From the human T2T-CHM13v2.0 reference genome, Homo sapiens: 64,000 nucleotides of DNA. Both the position numbers and the translations under genes were made by a program. The notes beneath the pieces are model-generated. The model searched no databases. It saw only the letters and a program-made list of their open reading frames with translations, and was not told where the DNA came from. Positions 11,671-26,600 of this stretch are shown here, in pieces; position 1 is the stretch's first letter; every line of letters begins with the position of its first letter. The DNA lies in assembly GCF_009914755.1 (NCBI RefSeq), contig NC_060944.1. The stretch is one strand, 5' to 3'.

Positions 11671-14600
11671 CATTCTCAGAAACTTGTTTGTGATGTGTGC
11701 CCTCTACTGACAGAGTTGAACCTTTCTTTGCAAAGAGCAGTTTTGAAACACTCTTTTTGTAGAATCTGCAAGAGGATATTTGGATAGCTTTGAGGATTTC
11801 TTGGGAAACGGGAATGTCTTCAGATAAACTCTAGACAGAAGCATTCTCAGAAACTTCTTTGGGATGTTTCAATTGAAGTCACAGTGTTGAACATTCCCTT
11901 TCACAGAGCAGGTTTGAAACACTCTTTTTGTAGTGTCTATAAGTGAACATTTGGCGTGCTTTCAGGCCTAACGTGAAAAAGGAAATATCTTCCCATAAAA
12001 ACTAGACAGAAGCATTCTCAGAAACTTGTTCTTGATGTGTCCCCTCTACTGACAGAGTTGAACCTTTCTTTGCAAAGAGCAGCTTTGAAACACTCTTTTT
12101 GTAGAATCTGCAAGAGGATATTTGGATAGCTTGGAGGATTTCGTTGGAAACGGGTATGTCTTCAGATAAACTCTAGACAGAAGCATTCTCAGAAACTTCT
12201 TTGGGATGTTGCATTCAAGTCACAGAGTAGAACATTCCCATTCATAGAGCAGATTTGAAACACTCTTTTTGTAGTATCTGGAAGTGGACATTTGGAGCGC
12301 TTTCAGGCCTATGTTGAAAAAGGAAATATCTTCCCATAAAAACTAGACGGAAGCATTCTCAGAAACTTATTTGTGATGTGTTTGCTCAACTAACAGGATT
12401 GAACCATCGTTTTGAAGGAGCAGTTTTGAAACACTGTTTTCGTGGAATCTGCAAGTGGATATTTGGCTAGCTTTGAGGATTTCGTTGGAAACGGGATTAC
12501 GTATAAAAAGGAGACAGCAGCATTCTCAGAAACTTCTTTGTGATGTCTGCATTCAATTCACAGAGTTGAGCATTCCCTTTCATAGAGCAGGTTGGAAACA
12601 CTCTTTTTGTAGTATCTGGATGAGGACATTTGGAGCGCTTTCAGGCGTATGGTGAAAAAGGAAATATCTTCCCGTAAAAACTAGACAGAAGCATTCTCAG
12701 AAGTTTATTTGTGATGTGTGCCCTCAACTAACAGAGTTGAACCTTTCTTTTGATAGAGCAGTTTTGAAACACTCTTTTTGTAAAATCTGCAAGAGGATAT
12801 TTGGATAGCTTTGAGGATTTCGTTGCAAACGGGAATGGCTTCATATAAACTCTAGACAGAAGCATTCTCAGAAACTTCGTTGGGATGTTTCGATTGAAGT
12901 CCCAGTGTTGAACATTCCCTTTTATAGAGCAGGTTGGAAACACTCTTTCTGCATTCCCTGGAAGTGGACATTTGGAGCGCTTTCAGGACGACGGTGAAAA
13001 TGGAAATATCTTCCAAGAAAATCTAGATAGAAGCAACGTCAGAAACTTTTATGTGATGGATCTACTCAGCTAACAGAGTTGAACCTTTCTTTTGAGAGAG
13101 CAGTTTTGCAACACTCTTTTTGTGGAATATGCAAGTGGATATTAGGGCAGCTTTGAGGATTTCGTTGGAAACGGGAATACATGTAAAAAGCAGACAGCAG
13201 CATTCTCAGAAACTTCTTTGTGATGTTTGCATTGAAGTCACAGAGTTGAACATTCCCTTTGAGAGAGCAGGTTTGAAACACGCCTTTTGTCATATCTGGA
13301 AGTGTCCATTCGGAGCGCATTCAGGCTTGTGTTGAAAAAGGAAATATCCTCCCATAAAAACTAGACAGAAGCATTCTCAGAAACTTATCTGTGATGTATG
13401 TACTCAACTAACAGAACTAAACCATCGTTTTGAAGGAGCAGTTTTGAAACACTCTTTTTGCGGAATCTGCAAGTGGATATTTGGCTAGCTGGGAGGATTT
13501 CGTTGGAAACGGGAGTACATACAAAAAGCAGAGAGCAGCATTCTCAGAAACTTCTTTGTGATGTTTGCATTCAAGTCACAGAGTTGAACATTCCCTTTCA
13601 TAGAGCAGGTTTGAAACACTCTTTTTGTAGTATCTGGATGTGGACATTTGGATCGCTTTCAGGCCTATGGTGAAAAAGGAAATATCTTCCCATGAAAACT
13701 AGACAGAAGCATTCTCAGAAACTTATTTGTGATGTGTGCCCTCAACTGACAGTGTTGAACCTTTGTTTTGATAGAGCAGTTCTGAAACACACTTTTTGTA
13801 AAATCTGCAAGAGGATATTTGGATAGCTTTGAGGATTTCGTTGGAAACGGGAATGTCTTCATGTAAACTCTGGACAGAAGCATTCTCAGAAACTGCTTTG
13901 GGATGTTTCAATTGAAGTCCCAGTGTTGAACATTCCCTTTCATAGAGCAGGTTTGAAACACTCTTTTTGTACTATCTGGAAGTGGACATTTGGAGCGCTT
14001 TCAGGTCTACGGTGAAAAAGGAGATATCTTCCAATAAAAACTAGATAGAAGCAATGTCAGAACTTTTTTCATGATGTATCTACTCAGCAAACAGAGTTGA
14101 ACCTTTCTTTTGAGAGAGCAGTTTTGAAACACTCTTTTTGTGGAATATGCAAGTGGGTATTAGGCCAGCTTGGAGGATTTCGTTGGAAACGGGAATACGT
14201 ATAAAAAGCAGACAGCAGCATTGTCAGAAACTACTTTGTGATGTTTGCATTCAAGTCACAGAATTGAACACTCCCTTTCACAGAGCAGGTTTGAAACACT
14301 CTTTTTGTAGTGTCTGTAAGTGAACATTTGGATTGCTTTCAGGCCTAAGGTGAAAAAGGAAATATCTTCCCATAAAAACTAGACAGAAGCATTCTCAGAA
14401 ACTTGTTTGTGATGTGTGCCCTCTACTGACAGAGTTGAACCTTTCTTTGCAAAGAGCAGTTTTGAAACACTCTTTTTGTAGAATCTGCAAGAGGATATTT
14501 GGATAGCTTTGAGGATTTCTTGGGAAACGGGAATGTCTTCAGATAAACTCTAGACAGAAGCATTCTCAGAAACTTCTTTGGGATGTTTCAATTGAAGTCA

Positions 14601-17600
14601 CAGTGTTGAACATTCCCTTTCACAGAGCAGGTTTGAAACACTCTTTTTGTAGTGTCTATAAGTGAACATTTGGCGTGCTTTCAGGCCTAACGTGAAAAAG
14701 GAAATATCTTCCCATAAAAACTAGACAGAAGCATTCTCAGAAACTTGTTCTTGATGTGTCCCCTCTACTGACAGAGTTGAACCTTTCTTTGCAAAGAGCA
14801 GCTTTGAAACACTCTTTTTGTAGAATCTGCAAGAGGATATTTGGATAGCTTGGAGGATTTCGTTGGAAACGGGTATGTCTTCAGATAAACTCTAGACAGA
14901 AGCATTCTCAGAAACTTCTTTGGGATGTTGCATTCAAGTCACAGAGTAGAACATTCCCATTCATAGAGCAGATTTGAAACACTCTTTTTGTAGTATCTGG
15001 AAGTGGACATTTGGAGCGCTTTCAGGCCTATGTTGAAAAAGGAAATATCTTCCCATAAAAACTAGACGGAAGCATTCTCAGAAACTTATTTGTGATGTGT
15101 TTGCTCAACTAACAGGATTGAACCATCGTTTTGAAGGAGCAGTTTTGAAACACTGTTTTCGTGGAATCTGCAAGTGGATATTTGGCTAGCTTTGAGGATT
15201 TCGTTGGAAACGGGATTACATATAAAAAGGAGACAGCAGCATTCTCAGAAACTTCTTTGTGATGTCTGCATTCAATTCACAGAGTTGAGCATTCCCTTTC
15301 ATAGAGCAGGTTGGAAACACTCTTTTTGTAGTATCTGGATGAGGACATTTGGAGCGCTTTCAGGCGTATGGTGAAAAAGGAAATATCTTCCCGTAAAAAC
15401 TAGACAGAAGCATTCTCAGAAGTTTATTTGTGATGTGTGCCCTCAACTAACAGAGTTGAACCTTTCTTTTGATAGAGCAGTTTTGAAACACTCTTTTTGT
15501 AAAATCTGCAAGAGGATATTTGGATAGCTTTGAGGATTTCGTTGCAAACGGGAATGGCTTCATATAAACTCTAGACAGAAGCATTCTCAGAAACTTCGTT
15601 GGGATGTTTCGATTGAAGTCCCAGTGTTGAACATTCCCTTTTATAGAGCAGGTTGGAAACACTCTTTCTGCATTCCCTGGAAGTGGACATTTGGAGCGCT
15701 TTCAGGACGACGGTGAAAATGGAAATATCTTCCAAGAAAATCTAGATAGAAGCAACGTCAGAAACTTTTATGTGATGGATCTACTCAGCTAACAGAGTTG
15801 AACCTTTCTTTTGAGAGAGCAGTTTTGCAACACTCTTTTTGTGGAATATGCAAGTGGATATTAGGGCAGCTTTGAGGATTTCGTTGGAAACGGGAATACA
15901 TGTAAAAAGCAGACAGCAGCATTCTCAGAAACTTCTTTGTGATGTTTGCATTGAAGTCACAGAGTTGAACATTCCCTTTGAGAGAGCAGGTTTGAAACAC
16001 GCCTTTTGTCATATCTGGAAGTGTCCATTCGGAGCGCATTCAGGCTTGTGTTGAAAAAGGAAATATCCTCCCATAAAAACTAGACAGAAGCATTCTCAGA
16101 AACTTATCTGTGATGTATGTACTCAACTAACAGAACTAAACCATCGTTTTGAAGGAGCAGTTTTGAAACACTCTTTTTGCGGAATCTGCAAGTGGATATT
16201 TGGCTAGCTGGGAGGATTTCGTTGGAAACGGGAGTACATACAAAAAGCAGACAGCAGCATTCTCAGAAACTTCTTTGTGATGTTTGCATTCAAGTCACAG
16301 AGTTGAACATTCCCTTTCATAGAGCAGGTTTGAAACACTCTTTTTGTAGTATCTGGATGTGGACATTTGGATCGCTTTCAGGCCTATGGTGAAAAAGGAA
16401 ATATCTTCCCATGAAAACTAGACAGAAGCATTCTCAGAAACTTATTTGTGATGTGTGCCCTCAACTGACAGTGTTGAACCTTTGTTTTGATAGAGCAGTT
16501 CTGAAACACACTTTTTGTAAAATCTGCAAGAGGATATTTGGATAGCTTTGAGGATTTCGTTGGAAACGGGAATGTCTTCATGTAAACTCTGGACAGAAGC
16601 ATTCTCAGAAACTGCTTTGGGATGTTTCAATTGAAGTCCCAGTGTTGAACATTCCCTTTCATAGAGCAGGTTTGAAACACTCTTTTTGTACTATCTGGAA
16701 GTGGACATTTGGAGCGCTTTCAGGTCTACGGTGAAAAAGGAGATATCTTCCAATAAAAACTAGATAGAAGCAATGTCAGAACTTTTTTCATGATGTATCT
16801 ACTCAGCAAACAGAGTTGAACCTTTCTTTTGAGAGAGCAGTTTTGAAACACTCTTTTTGTGGAATATGCAAGTGGGTATTAGGCCAGCTTGGAGGATTTC
16901 GTTGGAAACGGGAATACGTATAAAAAGCAGACAGCAGCATTGTCAGAAACTACTTTGTGATGTTTGCATTCAAGTCACAGAATTGAACACTCCCTTTCAC
17001 AGAGCAGGTTTGAAACACTCTTTTTGTAGTGTCTGTAAGTGAACATTTGGATTGCTTTCAGGCCTAAGGTGAAAAAGGAAATATCTTCCCATAAAAACTA
17101 GACAGAAGCATTCTCAGAAACTTGTTTGTGATGTGTGCCCTCTACTGACAGAGTTGAACCTTTCTTTGCAAAGAGCAGTTTTGAAACACTCTTTTTGTAG
17201 AATCTGCAAGAGGATATTTGGATAGCTTTGAGGATTTCTTGGGAAACGGGAATGTCTTCAGATAAACTCTAGACAGAAGCATTCTCAGAAACTTCTTTGG
17301 GATGTTTCAATTGAAGTCACAGTGTTGAACATTCCCTTTCACAGAGCAGGTTTGAAACACTCTTTTTGTAGTGTCTATAAGTGAACATTTGGCGTGCTTT
17401 CAGGCCTAACGTGAAAAAGGAAATATCTTCCCATAAAAACTAGACAGAAGCATTCTCAGAAACTTGTTCTTGATGTGTCCCCTCTACTGACAGAGTTGAA
17501 CCTTTCTTTGCAAAGAGCAGCTTTGAAACACTCTTTTTGTAGAATCTGCAAGAGGATATTTGGATAGCTTGGAGGATTTCGTTGGAAACGGGTATGTCTT

Positions 17601-20600
17601 CAGATAAACTCTAGACAGAAGCATTCTCAGAAACTTCTTTGGGATGTTGCATTCAAGTCACAGAGTAGAACATTCCCATTCATAGAGCAGATTTGAAACA
17701 CTCTTTTTGTAGTATCTGGAAGTGGACATTTGGAGCGCTTTCAGGCCTATGTTGAAAAAGGAAATATCTTCCCATAAAAACTAGACGGAAGCATTCTCAG
17801 AAACTTATTTGTGATGTGTTTGCTCAACTAACAGGATTGAACCATCGTTTTGAAGGAGCAGTTTTGAAACACTGTTTTCGTGGAATCTGCAAGTGGATAT
17901 TTGGCTAGCTTTGAGGATTTCGTTGGAAACGGGATTACGTATAAAAAGGAGACAGCAGCATTCTCAGAAACTTCTTTGTGATGTCTGCATTCAATTCACA
18001 GAGTTGAGCATTCCCTTTCATAGAGCAGGTTGGAAACACTCTTTTTGTAGTATCTGGATGAGGACATTTGGAGCGCTTTCAGGCGTATGGTGAAAAAGGA
18101 AATATCTTCCCGTAAAAACTAGACAGAAGCATTCTCAGAAGTTTATTTGTGATGTGTGCCCTCAACTAACAGAGTTGAACCTTTCTTTTGATAGAGCAGT
18201 TTTGAAACACTCTTTTTGTAAAATCTGCAAGAGGATATTTGGATAGCTTTGAGGATTTCGTTGCAAACGGGAATGGCTTCATATAAACTCTAGACAGAAG
18301 CATTCTCAGAAACTTCGTTGGGATGTTTCGATTGAAGTCCCAGTGTTGAACATTCCCTTTTATAGAGCAGGTTGGAAACACTCTTTCTGCATTCCCTGGA
18401 AGTGGACATTTGGAGCGCTTTCAGGACGACGGTGAAAATGGAAATATCTTCCAAGAAAATCTAGATAGAAGCAACGTCAGAAACTTTTATGTGATGGATC
18501 TACTCAGCTAACAGAGTTGAACCTTTCTTTTGAGAGAGCAGTTTTGCAACACTCTTTTTGTGGAATATGCAAGTGGATATTAGGGCAGCTTTGAGGATTT
18601 CGTTGGAAACGGGAATACATGTAAAAAGCAGACAGCAGCATTCTCAGAAACTTCTTTGTGATGTTTGCATTGAAGTCACAGAGTTGAACATTCCCTTTGA
18701 GAGAGCAGGTTTGAAACACGCCTTTTGTCATATCTGGAAGTGTCCATTCGGAGCGCATTCAGGCTTGTGTTGAAAAAGGAAATATCCTCCCATAAAAACT
18801 AGACAGAAGCATTCTCAGAAACTTATCTGTGATGTATGTACTCAACTAACAGAACTAAACCATCGTTTTGAAGGAGCAGTTTTGAAACACTCTTTTTGCG
18901 GAATCTGCAAGTGGATATTTGGCTAGCTGGGAGGATTTCGTTGGAAACGGGAGTACATACAAAAAGCAGAGAGCAGCATTCTCAGAAACTTCTTTGTGAT
19001 GTTTGCATTCAAGTCACAGAGTTGAACATTCCCTTTCATAGAGCAGGTTTGAAACACTCTTTTTGTAGTATCTGGATGTGGACATTTGGATCGCTTTCAG
19101 GCCTATGGTGAAAAAGGAAATATCTTCCCATGAAAACTAGACAGAAGCATTCTCAGAAACTTATTTGTGATGTGTGCCCTCAACTGACAGTGTTGAACCT
19201 TTGTTTTGATAGAGCAGTTCTGAAACACACTTTTTGTAAAATCTGCAAGAGGATATTTGGATAGCTTTGAGGATTTCGTTGGAAACGGGAATGTCTTCAT
19301 GTAAACTCTGGACAGAAGCATTCTCAGAAACTGCTTTGGGATGTTTCAATTGAAGTCCCAGTGTTGAACATTCCCTTTCATAGAGCAGGTTTGAAACACT
19401 CTTTTTGTACTATCTGGAAGTGGACATTTGGAGCGCTTTCAGGTCTACGGTGAAAAAGGAGATATCTTCCAATAAAAACTAGATAGAAGCAATGTCAGAA
19501 CTTTTTTCATGATGTATCTACTCAGCAAACAGAGTTGAACCTTTCTTTTGAGAGAGCAGTTTTGAAACACTCTTTTTGTGGAATATGCAAGTGGGTATTA
19601 GGCCAGCTTGGAGGATTTCGTTGGAAACGGGAATACGTATAAAAAGCAGACAGCAGCATTGTCAGAAACTACTTTGTGATGTTTGCATTCAAGTCACAGA
19701 ATTGAACACTCCCTTTCACAGAGCAGGTTTGAAACACTCTTTTTGTAGTGTCTGTAAGTGAACATTTGGATTGCTTTCAGGCCTAAGGTGAAAAAGGAAA
19801 TATCTTCCCATAAAAACTAGACAGAAGCATTCTCAGAAACTTGTTTGTGATGTGTGCCCTCTACTGACAGAGTTGAACCTTTCTTTGCAAAGAGCAGTTT
19901 TGAAACACTCTTTTTGTAGAATCTGCAAGAGGATATTTGGATAGCTTTGAGGATTTCTTGGGAAACGGGAATGTCTTCAGATAAACTCTAGACAGAAGCA
20001 TTCTCAGAAACTTCTTTGGGATGTTTCAATTGAAGTCACAGTGTTGAACATTCCCTTTCACAGAGCAGGTTTGAAACACTCTTTTTGTAGTGTCTATAAG
20101 TGAACATTTGGCGTGCTTTCAGGCCTAACGTGAAAAAGGAAATATCTTCCCATAAAAACTAGACAGAAGCATTCTCAGAAACTTGTTCTTGATGTGTCCC
20201 CTCTACTGACAGAGTTGAACCTTTCTTTGCAAAGAGCAGCTTTGAAACACTCTTTTTGTAGAATCTGCAAGAGGATATTTGGATAGCTTGGAGGATTTCG
20301 TTGGAAACGGGTATGTCTTCAGATAAACTCTAGACAGAAGCATTCTCAGAAACTTCTTTGGGATGTTGCATTCAAGTCACAGAGTAGAACATTCCCATTC
20401 ATAGAGCAGATTTGAAACACTCTTTTTGTAGTATCTGGAAGTGGACATTTGGAGCGCTTTCAGGCCTATGTTGAAAAAGGAAATATCTTCCCATAAAAAC
20501 TAGACGGAAGCATTCTCAGAAACTTATTTGTGATGTGTTTGCTCAACTAACAGGATTGAACCATCGTTTTGAAGGAGCAGTTTTGAAACACTGTTTTCGT

Positions 20601-23600
20601 GGAATCTGCAAGTGGATATTTGGCTAGCTTTGAGGATTTCGTTGGAAACGGGATTACATATAAAAAGGAGACAGCAGCATTCTCAGAAACTTCTTTGTGA
20701 TGTCTGCATTCAATTCACAGAGTTGAGCATTCCCTTTCATAGAGCAGGTTGGAAACACTCTTTTTGTAGTATCTGGATGAGGACATTTGGAGCGCTTTCA
20801 GGCGTATGGTGAAAAAGGAAATATCTTCCCGTAAAAACTAGACAGAAGCATTCTCAGAAGTTTATTTGTGATGTGTGCCCTCAACTAACAGAGTTGAACC
20901 TTTCTTTTGATAGAGCAGTTTTGAAACACTCTTTTTGTAAAATCTGCAAGAGGATATTTGGATAGCTTTGAGGATTTCGTTGCAAACGGGAATGGCTTCA
21001 TATAAACTCTAGACAGAAGCATTCTCAGAAACTTCGTTGGGATGTTTCGATTGAAGTCCCAGTGTTGAACATTCCCTTTTATAGAGCAGGTTGGAAACAC
21101 TCTTTCTGCATTCCCTGGAAGTGGACATTTGGAGCGCTTTCAGGACGACGGTGAAAATGGAAATATCTTCCAAGAAAATCTAGATAGAAGCAACGTCAGA
21201 AACTTTTATGTGATGGATCTACTCAGCTAACAGAGTTGAACCTTTCTTTTGAGAGAGCAGTTTTGCAACACTCTTTTTGTGGAATATGCAAGTGGATATT
21301 AGGGCAGCTTTGAGGATTTCGTTGGAAACGGGAATACATGTAAAAAGCAGACAGCAGCATTCTCAGAAACTTCTTTGTGATGTTTGCATTGAAGTCACAG
21401 AGTTGAACATTCCCTTTGAGAGAGCAGGTTTGAAACACGCCTTTTGTCATATCTGGAAGTGTCCATTCGGAGCGCATTCAGGCTTGTGTTGAAAAAGGAA
21501 ATATCCTCCCATAAAAACTAGACAGAAGCATTCTCAGAAACTTATCTGTGATGTATGTACTCAACTAACAGAACTAAACCATCGTTTTGAAGGAGCAGTT
21601 TTGAAACACTCTTTTTGCGGAATCTGCAAGTGGATATTTGGCTAGCTGGGAGGATTTCGTTGGAAACGGGAGTACATACAAAAAGCAGACAGCAGCATTC
21701 TCAGAAACTTCTTTGTGATGTTTGCATTCAAGTCACAGAGTTGAACATTCCCTTTCATAGAGCAGGTTTGAAACACTCTTTTTGTAGTATCTGGATGTGG
21801 ACATTTGGATCGCTTTCAGGCCTATGGTGAAAAAGGAAATATCTTCCCATGAAAACTAGACAGAAGCATTCTCAGAAACTTATTTGTGATGTGTGCCCTC
21901 AACTGACAGTGTTGAACCTTTGTTTTGATAGAGCAGTTCTGAAACACACTTTTTGTAAAATCTGCAAGAGGATATTTGGATAGCTTTGAGGATTTCGTTG
22001 GAAACGGGAATGTCTTCATGTAAACTCTGGACAGAAGCATTCTCAGAAACTGCTTTGGGATGTTTCAATTGAAGTCCCAGTGTTGAACATTCCCTTTCAT
22101 AGAGCAGGTTTGAAACACTCTTTTTGTACTATCTGGAAGTGGACATTTGGAGCGCTTTCAGGTCTACGGTGAAAAAGGAGATATCTTCCAATAAAAACTA
22201 GATAGAAGCAATGTCAGAACTTTTTTCATGATGTATCTACTCAGCAAACAGAGTTGAACCTTTCTTTTGAGAGAGCAGTTTTGAAACACTCTTTTTGTGG
22301 AATATGCAAGTGGGTATTAGGCCAGCTTGGAGGATTTCGTTGGAAACGGGAATACGTATAAAAAGCAGACAGCAGCATTGTCAGAAACTACTTTGTGATG
22401 TTTGCATTCAAGTCACAGAATTGAACACTCCCTTTCACAGAGCAGGTTTGAAACACTCTTTTTGTAGTGTCTGTAAGTGAACATTTGGATTGCTTTCAGG
22501 CCTAAGGTGAAAAAGGAAATATCTTCCCATAAAAACTAGACAGAAGCATTCTCAGAAACTTGTTTGTGATGTGTGCCCTCTACTGACAGAGTTGAACCTT
22601 TCTTTGCAAAGAGCAGTTTTGAAACACTCTTTTTGTAGAATCTGCAAGAGGATATTTGGATAGCTTTGAGGATTTCTTGGGAAACGGGAATGTCTTCAGA
22701 TAAACTCTAGACAGAAGCATTCTCAGAAACTTCTTTGGGATGTTTCAATTGAAGTCACAGTGTTGAACATTCCCTTTCACAGAGCAGGTTTGAAACACTC
22801 TTTTTGTAGTGTCTATAAGTGAACATTTGGCGTGCTTTCAGGCCTAACGTGAAAAAGGAAATATCTTCCCATAAAAACTAGACAGAAGCATTCTCAGAAA
22901 CTTGTTCTTGATGTGTCCCCTCTACTGACAGAGTTGAACCTTTCTTTGCAAAGAGCAGCTTTGAAACACTCTTTTTGTAGAATCTGCAAGAGGATATTTG
23001 GATAGCTTGGAGGATTTCGTTGGAAACGGGTATGTCTTCAGATAAACTCTAGACAGAAGCATTCTCAGAAACTTCTTTGGGATGTTGCATTCAAGTCACA
23101 GAGTAGAACATTCCCATTCATAGAGCAGATTTGAAACACTCTTTTTGTAGTATCTGGAAGTGGACATTTGGAGCGCTTTCAGGCCTATGTTGAAAAAGGA
23201 AATATCTTCCCATAAAAACTAGACGGAAGCATTCTCAGAAACTTATTTGTGATGTGTTTGCTCAACTAACAGGATTGAACCATCGTTTTGAAGGAGCAGT
23301 TTTGAAACACTGTTTTCGTGGAATCTGCAAGTGGATATTTGGCTAGCTTTGAGGATTTCGTTGGAAACGGGATTACATATAAAAAGGAGACAGCAGCATT
23401 CTCAGAAACTTCTTTGTGATGTCTGCATTCAATTCACAGAGTTGAGCATTCCCTTTCATAGAGCAGGTTGGAAACACTCTTTTTGTAGTATCTGGATGAG
23501 GACATTTGGAGCGCTTTCAGGCGTATGGTGAAAAAGGAAATATCTTCCCGTAAAAACTAGACAGAAGCATTCTCAGAAGTTTATTTGTGATGTGTGCCCT

Positions 23601-26600
23601 CAACTAACAGAGTTGAACCTTTCTTTTGATAGAGCAGTTTTGAAACACTCTTTTTGTAAAATCTGCAAGAGGATATTTGGATAGCTTTGAGGATTTCGTT
23701 GCAAACGGGAATGGCTTCATATAAACTCTAGACAGAAGCATTCTCAGAAACTTCGTTGGGATGTTTCGATTGAAGTCCCAGTGTTGAACATTCCCTTTTA
23801 TAGAGCAGGTTGGAAACACTCTTTCTGCATTCCCTGGAAGTGGACATTTGGAGCGCTTTCAGGACGACGGTGAAAATGGAAATATCTTCCAAGAAAATCT
23901 AGATAGAAGCAACGTCAGAAACTTTTATGTGATGGATCTACTCAGCTAACAGAGTTGAACCTTTCTTTTGAGAGAGCAGTTTTGCAACACTCTTTTTGTG
24001 GAATATGCAAGTGGATATTAGGGCAGCTTTGAGGATTTCGTTGGAAACGGGAATACATGTAAAAAGCAGACAGCAGCATTCTCAGAAACTTCTTTGTGAT
24101 GTTTGCATTGAAGTCACAGAGTTGAACATTCCCTTTGAGAGAGCAGGTTTGAAACACGCCTTTTGTCATATCTGGAAGTGTCCATTCGGAGCGCATTCAG
24201 GCTTGTGTTGAAAAAGGAAATATCCTCCCATAAAAACTAGACAGAAGCATTCTCAGAAACTTATCTGTGATGTATGTACTCAACTAACAGAACTAAACCA
24301 TCGTTTTGAAGGAGCAGTTTTGAAACACTCTTTTTGCGGAATCTGCAAGTGGATATTTGGCTAGCTGGGAGGATTTCGTTGGAAACGGGAGTACATACAA
24401 AAAGCAGACAGCAGCATTCTCAGAAACTTCTTTGTGATGTTTGCATTCAAGTCACAGAGTTGAACATTCCCTTTCATAGAGCAGGTTTGAAACACTCTTT
24501 TTGTAGTATCTGGATGTGGACATTTGGATCGCTTTCAGGCCTATGGTGAAAAAGGAAATATCTTCCCATGAAAACTAGACAGAAGCATTCTCAGAAACTT
24601 ATTTGTGATGTGTGCCCTCAACTGACAGTGTTGAACCTTTGTTTTGATAGAGCAGTTCTGAAACACACTTTTTGTAAAATCTGCAAGAGGATATTTGGAT
24701 AGCTTTGAGGATTTCGTTGGAAACGGGAATGTCTTCATGTAAACTCTGGACAGAAGCATTCTCAGAAACTGCTTTGGGATGTTTCAATTGAAGTCCCAGT
24801 GTTGAACATTCCCTTTCATAGAGCAGGTTTGAAACACTCTTTTTGTACTATCTGGAAGTGGACATTTGGAGCGCTTTCAGGTCTACGGTGAAAAAGGAGA
24901 TATCTTCCAATAAAAACTAGATAGAAGCAATGTCAGAACTTTTTTCATGATGTATCTACTCAGCAAACAGAGTTGAACCTTTCTTTTGAGAGAGCAGTTT
25001 TGAAACACTCTTTTTGTGGAATATGCAAGTGGGTATTAGGCCAGCTTGGAGGATTTCGTTGGAAACGGGAATACGTATAAAAAGCAGACAGCAGCATTGT
25101 CAGAAACTACTTTGTGATGTTTGCATTCAAGTCACAGAATTGAACACTCCCTTTCACAGAGCAGGTTTGAAACACTCTTTTTGTAGTGTCTGTAAGTGAA
25201 CATTTGGATTGCTTTCAGGCCTAAGGTGAAAAAGGAAATATCTTCCCATAAAAACTAGACAGAAGCATTCTCAGAAACTTGTTTGTGATGTGTGCCCTCT
25301 ACTGACAGAGTTGAACCTTTCTTTGCAAAGAGCAGTTTTGAAACACTCTTTTTGTAGAATCTGCAAGAGGATATTTGGATAGCTTTGAGGATTTCTTGGG
25401 AAACGGGAATGTCTTCAGATAAACTCTAGACAGAAGCATTCTCAGAAACTTCTTTGGGATGTTTCAATTGAAGTCACAGTGTTGAACATTCCCTTTCACA
25501 GAGCAGGTTTGAAACACTCTTTTTGTAGTGTCTATAAGTGAACATTTGGCGTGCTTTCAGGCCTAACGTGAAAAAGGAAATATCTTCCCATAAAAACTAG
25601 ACAGAAGCATTCTCAGAAACTTGTTCTTGATGTGTCCCCTCTACTGACAGAGTTGAACCTTTCTTTGCAAAGAGCAGCTTTGAAACACTCTTTTTGTAGA
25701 ATCTGCAAGAGGATATTTGGATAGCTTGGAGGATTTCGTTGGAAACGGGTATGTCTTCAGATAAACTCTAGACAGAAGCATTCTCAGAAACTTCTTTGGG
25801 ATGTTGCATTCAAGTCACAGAGTAGAACATTCCCATTCATAGAGCAGATTTGAAACACTCTTTTTGTAGTATCTGGAAGTGGACATTTGGAGCGCTTTCA
25901 GGCCTATGTTGAAAAAGGAAATATCTTCCCATAAAAACTAGACGGAAGCATTCTCAGAAACTTATTTGTGATGTGTTTGCTCAACTAACAGGATTGAACC
26001 ATCGTTTTGAAGGAGCAGTTTTGAAACACTGTTTTCGTGGAATCTGCAAGTGGATATTTGGCTAGCTTTGAGGATTTCGTTGGAAACGGGATTACATATA
26101 AAAAGGAGACAGCAGCATTCTCAGAAACTTCTTTGTGATGTCTGCATTCAATTCACAGAGTTGAGCATTCCCTTTCATAGAGCAGGTTGGAAACACTCTT
26201 TTTGTAGTATCTGGATGAGGACATTTGGAGCGCTTTCAGGCGTATGGTGAAAAAGGAAATATCTTCCCGTAAAAACTAGACAGAAGCATTCTCAGAAGTT
26301 TATTTGTGATGTGTGCCCTCAACTAACAGAGTTGAACCTTTCTTTTGATAGAGCAGTTTTGAAACACTCTTTTTGTAAAATCTGCAAGAGGATATTTGGA
26401 TAGCTTTGAGGATTTCGTTGCAAACGGGAATGGCTTCATATAAACTCTAGACAGAAGCATTCTCAGAAACTTCGTTGGGATGTTTCGATTGAAGTCCCAG
26501 TGTTGAACATTCCCTTTTATAGAGCAGGTTGGAAACACTCTTTCTGCATTCCCTGGAAGTGGACATTTGGAGCGCTTTCAGGACGACGGTGAAAATGGAA

